A stretch of DNA of 63,590 bases, filler included, from Octopus bimaculoides (Eukaryota): assembly GCF_001194135.2 (NCBI RefSeq). It is 5 parts of 4 records of this genome, joined end to end, with 100 filler letters (N's around TTAATTAATTAA, not from the genome) between each part and the next. Parts side by side here need not be neighbours in the genome. Positions count along the whole stretch, not along the records: positions 1 to 21,339 come from NC_068988.1; positions 21,440 to 40,749 come from NC_068981.1; 3 more parts are not named here. One strand, written 5' to 3'. The notes below the pieces were generated by a model. The model did not search any database, was not told where the DNA came from, and was given only the letters and a program-made list of their open reading frames with translations. The position numbers were made by a program, and so were the translations under genes. Numbering within the stretch: position 1 is the stretch's first letter; each line of letters opens with the position of its first letter. Of the stretch, positions 16,038-27,655 are shown one piece after another.

Positions 16038-16245
16038 TGAAAGAGATAATCTTAAGCATTCCACAGTTCTATTTCCTCTATCCCACTGCACATATTTCTT
16101 TTTTCTTGAGTCCTTGGAGCTGAGGCGTAACCAGATTTTAAAGTTAGTGGGAGCGAGCACATAAAAAAAAGGCTCCGTGACACATACGAAACAATTTTAA
16201 ACTCATTTCTCTTAAATTATGCGAAATATTTCATTAGTTATAATA

Positions 16246-16458
16246 CAGTAATGCCTCGCCATATCGCGGTTTATTATTTAAGCTTCCGTCGATTCCTTCG
16301 TGGTGTTGTTTTGCATTTAAAATAAAATAAATATATACAAATTATGAAAATAATAATAATAATAATAAAATATACAGTACAGTACTGTTTCTACTTCGCG
16401 GATTTTCACCTCGGTGGTGGTTTGGAACGTAACACCCGGGATAGTCGAGGAATTACTG
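16246..16458. mobile_element. Tc1/pogo-type MITE (213 bp) with TA target duplication
   Basis: TIRs CAGTAATGCCTCGCCATATCGCGG and revcomp CAGTAATTCCTCGACTATCCCGGG, flanked by TA at 16244-45 and 16459-60. Confidence 0.85.
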
Positions 16459-16764
16459 TAGACATATTTCTAATTTACATTCATTAACTTCATGTCTCAT
16501 TATGTATGAAACTTACAACTACTGACACAGGTAAGTAAAGAGTTAAAACAACTGTTGAAAGGGCGCCAATTTTGGAAAATGCATTCGACGTGGAGGGCGA
16601 TCGCACCACTTGCTCCCTCCTATATTAGCTACGCCACTGCCAAGGACTTCTAGGGTTGGTTATCGGTTTCCATGGCATCTAAGTGATCGAGATCACATCA
16701 TTTTACCTAAACGAGATACTGGTCCGTTGCAGAGTTCAAGGTCAACAATTTTGAAAGGAGGGGT

Positions 16765-16918
16765 CAAGTTGATTACATCGACCCTAGTAGTCGAAAGGTA
16801 CTTTATTTTTACAGCCCTGAAGAGATGAAGGGCAAAGTTGAGCTCGGCAGGACTCGAATTCAGAACGAAAAGAGCCAGAAGAAATGTTAAACATTCTGCG
16901 GGCACTCCGTCTCGCCAC
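16765..16918 (-). mobile_element. SINE family B, degenerate
   Basis: Reverse complement of the head and core (GATGAAGGGCAAAGTTGAGCTCGGCAGGACTCGAATTCAGAACG). Confidence 0.7.
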
Positions 16919-16941
16919 ATCGATCATACGGTAATAAACAT

Positions 16942-17068
16942 TTTTCATATGCGATTGATGATTGGTTAATTTTCATATGCGATTGATGACTGGTTAATTT
17001 TCGTATGCGATTGATGATTGGTTAATTTTCATATGCGATTGATGACTGGTTAATTTTCGTATGCGATT
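16942..17068. repeat. 28-bp minisatellite, 4.5 copies
   Basis: Unit TTTTC(A/G)TATGCGATTGATGA(T/C)TGGTTAA, head-to-tail with no spacers. Confidence 0.95.
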
Positions 17069-17449
17069 CACTTCGCCACTCAGAAAATAAACCAAAGTGG
17101 AGATGAGATGTCGTATTTATAAATGGTGTCTTTATCAAAGGAATTAATAAAATATGCGAAGCGAAAGACGAAGTGCATTCCATAAGTTTGAGACTTTTCT
17201 TAATAAGAGGCACTTATAATTACGCTAGATTAACCTAGATTATATCCTAGATTATACATCTAATAATCTGACCTGCCAACTTTTGTTATTCCAGATTGAA
17301 AGAGACGATTGTAACCATTAGCGTAGCAAGAGTGTGTGCCGCCCGGGGCAGCTTTCGTTTGCCGCCCCCCCACCCCCGGACCCCACAAAAAACACATATT
17401 GCCTACAGCAGTAGCCTACAACAGAATGAAAAGTGCCGCCCATTTAAAA

Positions 17450-17610
17450 GCACAGGAGTGGCTGTGTGGTAAGAAGCTTGCTTCCCAGCCACATGGTTCC
17501 GGGTTCAGTCCCACTGCCTGGCACCTTGGGCAAGTTTCTTCTATTATAGCCTCGGGCCGACCAAAGACTTGTGATTGGATTTGGTAGATGGAAACTGAAA
17601 GAAGCCCGTC
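17450..17610 (+). mobile_element. SINE family A, 5' half, ending in (TA)n and an assembly gap
   Basis: GCACAGGAGTGGCTGTGTGGTAAGAAGCTTGCTTCCCAGCCACATGGTTCCGGGTTCAGTCCC... Confidence 0.9.
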
Positions 17611-17617
17611 ATGTATG

Positions 17618-17650
<33 letters not shown>

Positions 17651-18134
17651 NNNNNNNNNNNNNNNNNNNNNNNNNNNNNNNNNNNNNNNNNNNNNNNNNN
17701 NNNNNNNNNNNNNNNNNNNNNNNNNNNNNNNNNNNNNNNNNNNNNNNNNNNNNNNNNNNNNNNNNNNNNNNNNNNNNNNNNNNNNNNNNNNNNNNNNNNN
17801 NNNNNNNNNNNNNNNNNNNNNNNNNNNNNNNNNNNNNNNNNNNNNNNNNNNNNNNNNNNNNNNNNNNNNNNNNNNNNNNNNNNNNNNNNNNNNNNNNNNN
17901 NNNNNNNNNNNNNNNNNNNNNNNNNNNNNNNNNNNNNNNNNNNNNNNNNNNNNNNNNNNNNNNNNNNNNNNNNNNNNNNNNNNNNNNNNNNNNNNNNNNN
18001 NNNNNNNNNNNNNNNNNNNNNNNNNNNNNNNNNNNNACACATCCTGTCATTTCCTTCCACTTTGCTAGTATCACTAGGAAGTCGAACTACCGATCCCAAA
18101 CGTTCTGCTTGAGGTCGTAATATTTCTATTGAAT

Positions 18135-18336
18135 AAGGTGGTGAGCGGGCAGAAACGCTAGCACGTCGAGCGGTATTTCGTCTGCCGTTACGCTCTGAGT
18201 TCAAATTCCGCCAAGGTCGACTTTGCCTTTCATCCTTTCGGGGTCGATAAATTAAATACCAGTTGCGTACTGGGGTAGATCTAATCGACTGGCCCCCTCC
18301 CCCAAAATTTCGGGCCTTGTGTCGAGAGTAGAAAAG
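18135..18336 (+). mobile_element. SINE family B, complete copy with 16-bp TSD
   Basis: AATATTTCTATTGAAT at 18119-18134 and 18337-18352 flanks the head, core and tail (...GGGCCTTGTGTCGAGAGTAGAAAAG). Confidence 0.93.
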
Positions 18337-18444
18337 AATATTTCTATTGAATGTAAACGTGTTTATAATGTTTCATTTGTCTGCTAAATTCCTTGATGGT
18401 GCTTCATTTCTTCTTTACAAGTGAAAATGTTACAAAGAGAAGCC

Positions 18445-18630
18445 ATGTTGTTTGTTGTGTTGTCGATGGTTTTGTTCCTGATAAATCCCGCCGAACTCAT
18501 CTGGATGCCGTCATCTCCATGTGCACTCAATACAGTGAACTGCTTGAAGAGCAAAAGTTGTGTTAAAGATTTATATCGCTGCAAATGTAAGCCCTTTGGT
18601 GCATCTTCTGCACGAAATTTTTGCTTGTAA
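18445..18630 (+). CDS. Candidate small secreted six-cysteine peptide or exon (EGF-like spacing)
   Basis: gccATG start. MLFVVLSMVLFLINPAELIWMPSSPCALNTVNCLKSKSCVKDLYRCKCKPFGASSARNFCL* (61 aa), with a hydrophobic N-terminus and C-x6-C-x5-C-x6-C-x-C-x11-C. A possible acceptor (pyrimidine tract + AAG) is at 18420-21 and a GTAAGT donor at 18627. Non-repetitive DNA; no homology or expression evidence available. Confidence 0.35.
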   Translation: MLFVVLSMVLFLINPAELIWMPSSPCALNTVNCLKSKSCVKDLYRCKCKPFGASSARNFCL

Positions 18631-18707
18631 GTATACATATTTTATTAACAGAAATAACATTTAATTCAAACATCTTGTTCAAATAATTGGATTTTTATCT
18701 ATATATA

Positions 18708-18788
<81 letters not shown>

Positions 18789-19086
18789 TGTGTATGTGTG
18801 TGTGTGTGTTTAGCAGAAAAGTATAAATTTTACATGAAGTGCGCACTTTATTCTGCTCAATAACTGTTTCATGAAGACAAACATCATTAAATGTTTAATT
18901 ACATAATTGGGAAGCACAATTAATTTAAATTAAGATTATTTAGAAACTCTGTTTACCAAAATTCCCAAGACTATCATTTTATGTTAACGAGAAAATTGTG
19001 ACACATCGAGACAGAGAGTTATTCTTTGATGTCTATACTTCCATTTCGAAATGAATATGTGTGTGTGTGTGTGTGTGTGTGTCGAC

Positions 19087-19385
19087 GAAGGCGCATGACC
19101 TAATGGTTAGGGTGCTATACACACGATTTCGAGTTTGGTATCGATGCCCAGATAGGGATTGCATTGTGTTCTTGAGCAAGATACTCTATTCAAAGTTGCT
19201 CCAGTCCACACATCCGTAAATGGTTGACAACGCGACGGACTGGCGTCCTGTTCAGGAGCGGTTGGGGGAAGGGGTTGTCCTGCCCACCTAGACAGCGGCG
19301 GGGTGACATCTTTCGAAAGCTACAACAATGCAAGGAAGCGCATTGTGACCAGCGTTGCGCAACAACATCCGATGGTCTGGTCAAT
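19087..19385 (+). mobile_element. SINE family C-related copy
   Basis: tRNA-like head GAAGGCGCATGACCTAATGGTTAGGG...CACGATTTCGAGTTTGGTATCGATGCCCAG, with a body resembling 61550-61832. Confidence 0.65.
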
Positions 19386-19394
19386 ATGACCAGA

Positions 19395-20108
19395 TTAACT
19401 ATGCAGGTGACTAGCCCGTATTCTACCTGATTGGATATTTGGGTATCTCAGCAGTGATTCCAGATGGACTGGGTCTTTCCCGGTTTTCATGTCTTTAATT
19501 GCCTTATCTACCACTAGGATAGCCGGTCTTCCTGTTTGATCTACGTGAGGGCAACCCTCTTTATCCCATCGATTCTCCACATTCAACAGTTTTTCTTTGT
19601 AACTTTTCCTCGCCTTTTTTTGTCCAAAATTACCCATCCGCACACACTTCTGTGTGAGCAATCCGGAACACTTCAAGTCTCTGATCTTCACGCTGTAGGA
19701 CATCGGCAAACCTCTTCCTTTCTGCTTCTGCCCTAGTTAGATAAACTTGACGTCTAGCCTTCTGATAGGATTCTTTGCTACCCCGCCCCACTTTTCCACT
19801 CTTTCCAGACCCGTCTCTTCTCTTTTATAGTTCTGTCAATGTCACTGTTCCACCATCCACGTCACTCTTGTCTTTGCCCCATTCACAGTTAGCCTGTTGC
19901 TCTCAGTAGGTTGTCCCGCTGGAACTTTCAGTGGTCCTCTATGTCATATGTCTCCATCTCTCCCTCCTTCTCATCAAAGGCCTCGTTATGGACATCTCTA
20001 AGTCTCTGTTTGTTTGAAGAATCCTTGAGTTTTCACAACCTCCTTTTCCATATCAGCTTGCGTCTCTGGATCTGTCTGGCCCTACGCCTGTAGTCACTAA
20101 CCAATAAA
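19395..20108 (-). mobile_element. Internal fragment of a second RTE-like LINE (APE-RT linker region)
   Basis: Minus: LVSDYRRR..IWKRRL*KLKD, GWWNSDIDRTIKEKRRVWKEWK, KARRQVYL.RAEAERKRFADVL.REDQRLEVF, YKEKLLNVENRWDKEG, DKAIKDMKTGK, PSGITAE. Confidence 0.85.
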
Positions 20109-21339
20109 TAAATATATATATAGTTTTCGAACTTTATTGGTTAGTGACTTCAGGCGTAGAGTGAGACGGCAATCCAGCGTCTAAATCATTTTGACCAAAG
20201 CCGGAGAATCAAACAACCAATGAGTTTATATACTCAACAAACTCAGTAGCTACAGAAAACTGGGTCTACTCATTTGCATACTATTCGTGTTTCGAACTTT
20301 ATTTAAGATCAGCGGTCTGTCGACGGAGATCCCAATCCACAAAGTATCTGGGGATGATATGATAATATATGTAACCTCTGTAGTAGATATATNNNNNNNN
20401 NNNNNNNNNNNNNNNNNNNNNNNNNNNNNNNNNNNNNNNNNNNNNNNNNNNNNNNNNNNNNNNNNNNNNNNNNNNNNNNNNNNNNNNNNNNNNNNNNNNN
20501 NNNNNNNNNNNNNNNNNNNNNNNNNNNNNNNNNNNNNNNNNNNNNNNNNNNNNNNNNNNNNNNNNNNNNNNNNNNNNNNNNNNNNNNNNNNNNNNNNNNN
20601 NNNNNNNNNNNNNNNNNNNNNNNNNNNNNNNNNNNNNNNNNNNNNNNNNNNNNNNNNNNNNNNNNNNNNNNNNNNNNNNNNNNNNNNNNNNNNNNNNNNN
20701 NNNNNNNNNNNNNNNNNNNNNNNNNNNNNNNNNNNNNNNNNNNNNNNNNNNNNNNNNNNNNNNNNNNNNNNNNNNNNNNNNNNNNNNNNNNNNNNNNNNN
20801 NNNNNNNNNNNNNNNNNNNNNNNTATATCTACTATAAAAATACTCTTGTGTTGTTTCTGTATACATGACAAACATACATGCGCGCCCTCACACACACATA
20901 TAGACGAACGCACATATATACACACACACACACACAGTGGTAGAGACACACACCTACTTACACAGCCCTACACACACACAGACACACACACACACCCATA
21001 CATACGCGCACGCCTACATACACAGCCACATACATATGCACACACACACACACACACAGGAGTGCACACACAAAATAAACCTGGCACATATCCTTACGCT
21101 CTCACACACATACGCACGCACACACACATAAACACACACATACACATACACACACGCAGACACACCTCTCACATACGCAAACACACACATAAACATACAT
21201 AAACGTACACACATACACATATACACACATGCACACACGCACACACACCTCTCACATACACAACACACACACACAGAGGAACGCACATATACACAACATA
21301 CACACACACACACGCACGCAAACATACACAATATACACA

Positions 21340-21439
21340 NNNNNNNNNNNNNNNNNNNNNNNNNNNNNNNNNNNNNNNNNNNNTTAATTAATTAANNNNN
21401 NNNNNNNNNNNNNNNNNNNNNNNNNNNNNNNNNNNNNNN
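21340..21439. other. Artificial scaffold-joining spacer (44 N + TTAATTAATTAA + 44 N)
   Basis: Exact 100-bp structure, identical at four places; the 12-mer has stops in all six frames. Confidence 0.95.
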
Positions 21440-21478
<39 letters not shown>

Positions 21479-22290
21479 GAGTGTGTGTATGCGTGTTTGT
21501 TTGTGTGCGCACACACACTCATATATATATGTGTGTGGGTGTGTGTGTATGTATATATATGAGTGTATGTATGCGTGTATGTTTGTGTGTACACACACAT
21601 ACGCACACACACAGACACATGTAGCATACGGATAAACGTACTTACAGTTTGAACGTTGTACGAAGAGTGAGTGAGAGAGGATAAGACAGAGGCGAGTGGC
21701 AAAGTTGAATACTTGTATATAAATTATAAAAAGAGATAAATATCTAAGTTATAGGTAGACAGAATGTAAAATAATTTGTGTAGATAAAATAAGATTCATT
21801 AATCAACAGAAATCAGCAATTATTTCTTACTTAATAACATATGGTCGTAATACGATTCCTCCTTTCTTTTTCTCTGTTTTTATTTCTTTCTCTCATTGCA
21901 TCTCTTTACACAATTACTGAAGAAATTGAGGTATTTTTAACCATATAATTGCATTAAAACCCACCTAAATTTTATTAACTTTATTATATGTGAGTTGCGC
22001 CCAAACCGTATTTTCCTTTGTGAAGTTGAGCTTCAACAAAAATTAACACAATTTAGAATTTGAAAGAAAACAAATGAAAGATTTTGCAAGGTTTCTATCC
22101 GATGCTTGCATTTTCACTAATATAATTCAACAAAAGATACGTGCGCATGCAAACACACACATACAAACGCGCGCGCGCGCGAATACTCGCTCGAATAGAC
22201 ACACACACATACAGCCTCAAACATGCACGCATGCACTTACGAAATTCAGTTTGAAATACCTCCATCCAGCCTGCCTACCTGTAAAGATAG

Positions 22291-22931
22291 ATATAACGTT
22301 GACCACTAACGTGGACATTCAATGTGCTAGAAATAGATCACATCTTGTGTCTACTAAGACCTAAATTGTTCTCAAAACGGAATTTAGCGGGATACCAAAG
22401 CGTAAGCGGGCAAGACATTTAAATTACCTAAAACATCATTATTAAATAGGTCTCTTTGATTCTTTAAATGTGCTACCTTCCTGGTAATTAATCGATATTA
22501 ATTAATATATGATTTTTACCCTATGTTAATGTATTAACCATAACCAAAGTTCTCAAACTAGATATATGCGACGCAGTAAATATTTTCTGCAGACATATTC
22601 CTGGAATTAGCGCGCCAAAACGAAGACTTTTGAATTTTACCATTAAGCTGTAATTAACAGAACCACATACACGTGCACCTATGATGGTGGGCAATTTTGT
22701 ATAGGGTTCTGAGGATTATGGTTACATTACGAATAGGCTGAACAGAAACAGACAGTCGGTAAGATTGTTAATTTTGAAACCGGTACCTATTTAATAATGA
22801 TTTTTTAGGTAATTTAAATGTCTTGCCCGCTTACGCTTTGGTATCCCGCTAAATTCCGTTTTGAGAACAATTTAGGTCTTAGTAGACACAAGATGTGATC
22901 TATTTCTAGCACATGAATGTCAACGTTATAT
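22291..22931. repeat. Long inverted repeat (arms 22291-22451 and 22785-22931, 333-bp spacer), foldback/MITE-like
   Basis: The arms are near-perfect reverse complements over ~147 bp; the left arm has an extra 13-bp near-duplication. Confidence 0.9.
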
Positions 22932-22979
22932 ATAAAAATATACTTTAATCCCCTGAGATTGCAGATATTGTTTCTGAAT

Positions 22980-23061
22980 CTCTTTGATTCTTTAAATGTG
23001 CTAGCTTCCTGGTAATTAATCGATATTAATTAATATATGATTTTTACCCTATGTTAATGTA
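22980..23061 (+). repeat. Direct copy of 22451-22533
   Basis: TCTCTTTGATTCTTTAAATGTGCTA.CTTCCTGGTAATTAATCGATATTAATTAATATATGATTTTTACCCTATGTTAATGTA occurs twice with one mismatch. Confidence 0.92.
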
Positions 23062-23104
23062 AAGATAGATAGATAGACAGATAGATAGATAAATAGATAG
23101 ATAA

Positions 23105-23151
<47 letters not shown>

Positions 23152-24674
23152 TTTTCTATGAATACATAGATTTGTTTATATATATATCAGCCTTTATACT
23201 GTTTTTCACGAATTGCTGTTATATGGAGGTTAACAAACAAAACACCGTTATCAAGCTGTATGATATGCGCACAAACACGAAGACAAACGCCCACACATCA
23301 CACACACACGCACACATACAACAGGCTTCCATGCACTTTTTGTTTATCAAATTCCCTCACGAAGAATTTAGTAGTTCCGAAACCTACTTTTTAACATCAC
23401 AGCCATACAAATGCCTAACTTCATACATCCTCACATGTATACATGCATACATACGTACTCGCACAAGCAGACCCACACATATAAATACGTATTCATGTTT
23501 TTCTGCTCAGTTCCTGTTAACAGGAAGTCATTGTCCTCTACGGTAGAAAACGTCACTTGACAAGGTGCTGCGCCATACCATCGAACCTGTAACCACATTA
23601 TTTCGAAGAAAGTTTATTAGCTACACAATCATGCCTGTGCTAAGTGTTTTTCTTTTTTTACATTATTCTATCTTTAGTTTCTTTTGGTTATTCGATGATA
23701 CAGTTAATTAATTTAATTTACATTCATTGAAGTATCTCTTGTTTCACATACGTAGAAGGCTTCAGAATATTAGTGTTTCAAACAGGATGTTTTGAGCTGT
23801 AAAACACAATAAGATCCAGTATGCTACATCGTTTTTGTTTAAGCGTATCACATCAAAGTTAAATTTGTTTTGTTTTCTGTCTCAACGTATTTACTTCTCA
23901 TGGCATGATTATCGCCACTCATCTTACAACTTTAGACTGAATAAATAATTTGCTCTATCAATGGCATTAAGAAAAACAAAGGCTAATAAAATATATGCAA
24001 TATATTCAGTGGGATGTTGAAATAACAAAGTAGATGGGATATTGTGCTACCAACTTCTAGATTTATCACATAAATTTGCTTCGCGTTTCGTTGTACTTCT
24101 GAACTTTATATTCTAATTCTTTCAATTTACCTTACTATAAAAACTAGCTACTAGATCATATGGGTATGTCAGCTAGTTAGATGTGTGTCTTTCCATCCGA
24201 TTTACGAACTGAATTTGAACTCAAAGTTATTAAATGCGTTCTTATGTAAGGTTGTCCGTGGATGTCGTTGTAACTGTGGTCGTTATGGAGATGCTGTTAA
24301 AACTGTTATATAATAATTGTTTAGATCCGGGTCGGCATTCATTGAGCAAATCTACGATCTAAAAATATTTAGGACAAACACATAATCTAATGAGCCCCTT
24401 CCTTTCTGAAATTTATAGGCTTTGGGGTTTCATTTGAGGGAAATTTGACTGCTATTTCAAACAGGCCAATTAACAACTTAGAGACATCATCGTTGACTCG
24501 TAAGTATATTCTGAAATATATTCAAGTAGATTTCATCGAGTAATGTTTAGCTCATAATTTCTGAAAGATAACTGAGTGGAGTAATAAAGCGTTGCAGAAA
24601 ATGTATTGTAGCTTCGGTCGAGTGACGACTTTAATTCCCTCCATAAAATAAGTGTTAATAATCCTTTCTTATTT

Positions 24675-25090
24675 TGGTACAAGGCCAGCAATTTTAATTG
24701 TAAGGGGCAAGTCAATTACACCAACCACAGTTTACAACTGGTACATATTTTATCGAACTCCGAAAAAGATTTAAGGGAAAGTCAACCTCGGGGAAATTTG
24801 AACTCAGAACGTAGTGCCAAATGTTGCTTTACATTTTGTCTGACCTGTTAAAAATTTTGCCAGCTCACCGCTCTAGCACTAATAAGCCTTTCTACTATAA
24901 GCACAAAAACTGAAGTCTTTAGATGGCCTTTTGGACTATACAGAGCCTAGTGCTGAACTGGAACTTATTTTATCGACCCTCGAAGGATGAAAATCAAATC
25001 TCAGCGAAATTTGAACTCAGAAATTAAAACCGGAAAAATGCCCCTAAGCATTTTGTTTGGTACGGTGACGATTCTGCCAGCTTACCACCG
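24675..25090 (-). mobile_element. Two head-to-tail SINE family B copies (about 24675-24875 and 24885-25090)
   Basis: Two successive ATTTTATCGA.C.C.GAA...AAATTTGAACTCAGAA...TGCCAGCT.ACC blocks. Confidence 0.8.
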
Positions 25091-25576
25091 TTATAATAAT
25101 TCACTCGACTGTATTCTACCTTCTCAGTAATTGAATTTACGAGTTGTTACTTTTGGTTGTTCAGTTGCTGTGAAAATTGTAAACTGCTATATCGTTTGTT
25201 TATCTTTTTAGTTTAATTTCGAATACGTTTTGAGGTATTTTCTTAGTTTATGCCTTTCAATTAGAAAAATAAAACTAATATTCTTATTGCCTTTATTTAA
25301 CAGAATTAATATTCATAGTTAATGAAATGACATCATTCTACAGTTCGATATGGAAGTTAACGGGAATGTTCGAAGTTTTAATTGTAAAATCTATAATTAG
25401 AAAACCTTAAAAATGTATTTGAGGCCATATAATACGATATAAAAATACTTGTCAGTACTATAGCACACACTCCTTGCTGTAACTACGTAGAAATGCATTG
25501 GACCATAGAATCATCCACGTACAACAACGGAAACTGCGTGAGAATTATATATATTTATGTCGTAACATTGTTGGTG

Positions 25577-25697
25577 ATGTTACACTTTGTATTATTTCTG
25601 CTGTTATTAGCCACGACGTTATTCGCGCAATTTGGGTGTTCTACTACAATATTGAAGAACTGTAAAGGAAAGCCGCAGCGCCAAACGTCTGAAGTAG
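25577..25697 (+). CDS. Candidate first coding exon with a signal-peptide-like stretch
   Basis: MLHFVLFLLLLATTLFAQFGCSTTILKNCKGKPQRQTSEV, then AG|GTAAAT donor at 25698 (alternative GTAGGT at 25694). TATAAAA at 25438 and an in-frame upstream ATG at 25493. No downstream exon identified. Confidence 0.25.
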
Positions 25698-26688
25698 GTA
25701 AATGAGATAGGGTCAAGCTGTCTGAAGAAAGTTTGGAGACCACGAACTGTTTACTTGTCTTCATATTGTTTATAATAAACTGTGTATTATGTTTGCAGTT
25801 GTATAAATGAATAATTAAGCAGCTAGGGGTAACAACAGAGAAAGTTAGTCATTTTGGAATTCATCTCTCAGTTCAGATATACGACAAATCAAGTCGTAAC
25901 TCCTCGTAATTTTATTTTAATGACCCGCGTAGTAATGCGTTACTCTATAAGTAAATATCCTCGTGAGAGATTACTACAAATAAGTTACAAAAGAAGCATA
26001 TATAAATTACAAAAGAGTAAAAAAAAATTAAAAAGATTGGTAGATACGAAACAGTGCTATAGCAAATGTTAACATGACGATGTGCTGTCAACTATGAACA
26101 TAACTTCTAAATACCAAACGTTATCGGGCAGTTTTACACAGTTAAAAATCAATATGTTGCCTTTGTCTCCTAAATGTCAAAATGGACACATGTTAAAGTC
26201 GATTGAATAATATTGCATTTCATGACAGAAATGGGATTTAGCTGTAGGGCTTACTGCTTTAAACGTACATNNNNNNNNNNNNNNNNNNNNNNNNNNNNNN
26301 NNNNNNNNNNNNNNNNNNNNNNNNNNNNNNNNNNNNNNNNNNNNNNNNNNNNNNNNNNNNNNNNNNNNNNNNNNNNNNNNNNNNNNNNNNNNNNNNNNNN
26401 NNNNNNNNNNNNNNNNNNNNNNNNNNNNNNNNNNNNNNNNNNNNNNNNNNNNNNNNNNNNNNNNNNNNNNNNNNNNNNNNNNNNNNNNNNNNNNNNNNNN
26501 NNNNNNNNNNNNNNNNNNNNNNNNNNNNNNNNNNNNNNNNNNNNNNNNNNNNNNNNNNNNNNNNNNNNNNNNNNNNNNNNNNNNNNNNNNNNNNNNNNNN
26601 NNNNNNNNNNNNNNNNNNNNNNNNNNNNNNNNNNNNNNNNNNNNNNNNNNNNNNNNNNNNNNNNNNNNNNNNNNNNNNNNNNNNNNNN

Positions 26689-26950
26689 CGGGGACATAAA
26701 CACACCAGCATCGGTTGTCAAGCAATGCTAGGGGGGACAAACACAGGCACACAAACACACACACATACATATATATATACATATATACGACGGGCTTCTT
26801 TCAGTTTCCGTCTACCAAATCCACTCACAAGGCTTTGGTCGGCTCGAGGCTATAGTAGAAGACGCTTGCCCAAGATGCCACGCAGTGGGACTGAAGCCGG
26901 AACCATGTGGTTGGTAAGCAAGCTACTTACCACACAGCCACTCCTGTGCC
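26689..26950 (-). mobile_element. SINE family A, young copy, 3' part lost in a gap
   Basis: Reverse complement of GGCACAGGAGTGGCTGTGTGGTAAGTAGCTTGCTTACCAACCACATGGTTCCGG... Confidence 0.93.
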
Positions 26951-27269
26951 TATATATACATATATATATATAAATGTCCTATAGCATAGGTTGTAAGCGG
27001 GCAAATGAAAAGTAATAATCGGAAACAATTTCAAGCTTAAAGTAATAAATACTTACTAATATCGTCAGCACAAATATTCCAAAATATATAAAAGGTGTTT
27101 ATACATATCTATACGAGCCCTGAAGTCGCACAGCCATATATATACACTTGCACGTATCTAAAAATAAAGTCGGATTTATACTTTTCATTTTAACCACGTG
27201 CTATTTATCAAAATAATTTCTCAGTGACTGCGACTTTGATCTGGAGCAAAGATATTGTTTATTTATATT

Positions 27270-27655
27270 GCTTACCAACCACATGGTTCCGGGCACAGTC
27301 CCACTGCGTGGCACCTTGGGCAAGTGTCTTCTACTATAGTTTCGAGCCGACCAAAGCCTCATGAGTGGATTTGGTAAACGGAAACTGAAAGAAACCCGTC
27401 GTATATATATGTATGCGTGTGTATGTCTGTGTGTCTGTGTTTGCCCCCCATCCCCGACCCCAAAATCACTTGACAACCGATGCTGATGTGTTTAGTTCCC
27501 CATAACTTAGCGGTTCTGCAAAAGAGAACCGATAGAATAAGTACTTGGCTAACAAAGAATAAATCCTGGGGTCGATTTACTCGACTAAAGGTGGTGCCAC
27601 AGTATGGCCGCAGTCAAATGACTGGAACAAGTAAAAGAATAAAGGAATAAAAGAA
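27270..27655 (+). mobile_element. SINE family A, nearly complete (head clipped)
   Basis: GCTTACCAACCACATGGTTCCGGG...CTTAGCGGTTC.GCAAAAGAG.ACCGATAGAATAAGTAC...GACTGGAACAAGTAAAAGAATAAA. Confidence 0.93.

Noticed and set aside
16942-17068. CRISPR-like array of 28-bp repeats
   Set aside because: The units are contiguous with no spacers, there are no cas genes, and the context is eukaryotic.
18384-18638. 84-aa minus-strand ORF overlapping the six-cysteine candidate
   Set aside because: No recognisable features; more simply the antisense frame.
21384-21395. TTAATTAATTAA as a conserved biological motif
   Set aside because: It is always centred in exactly 44+44 N, so it is a synthetic linker.
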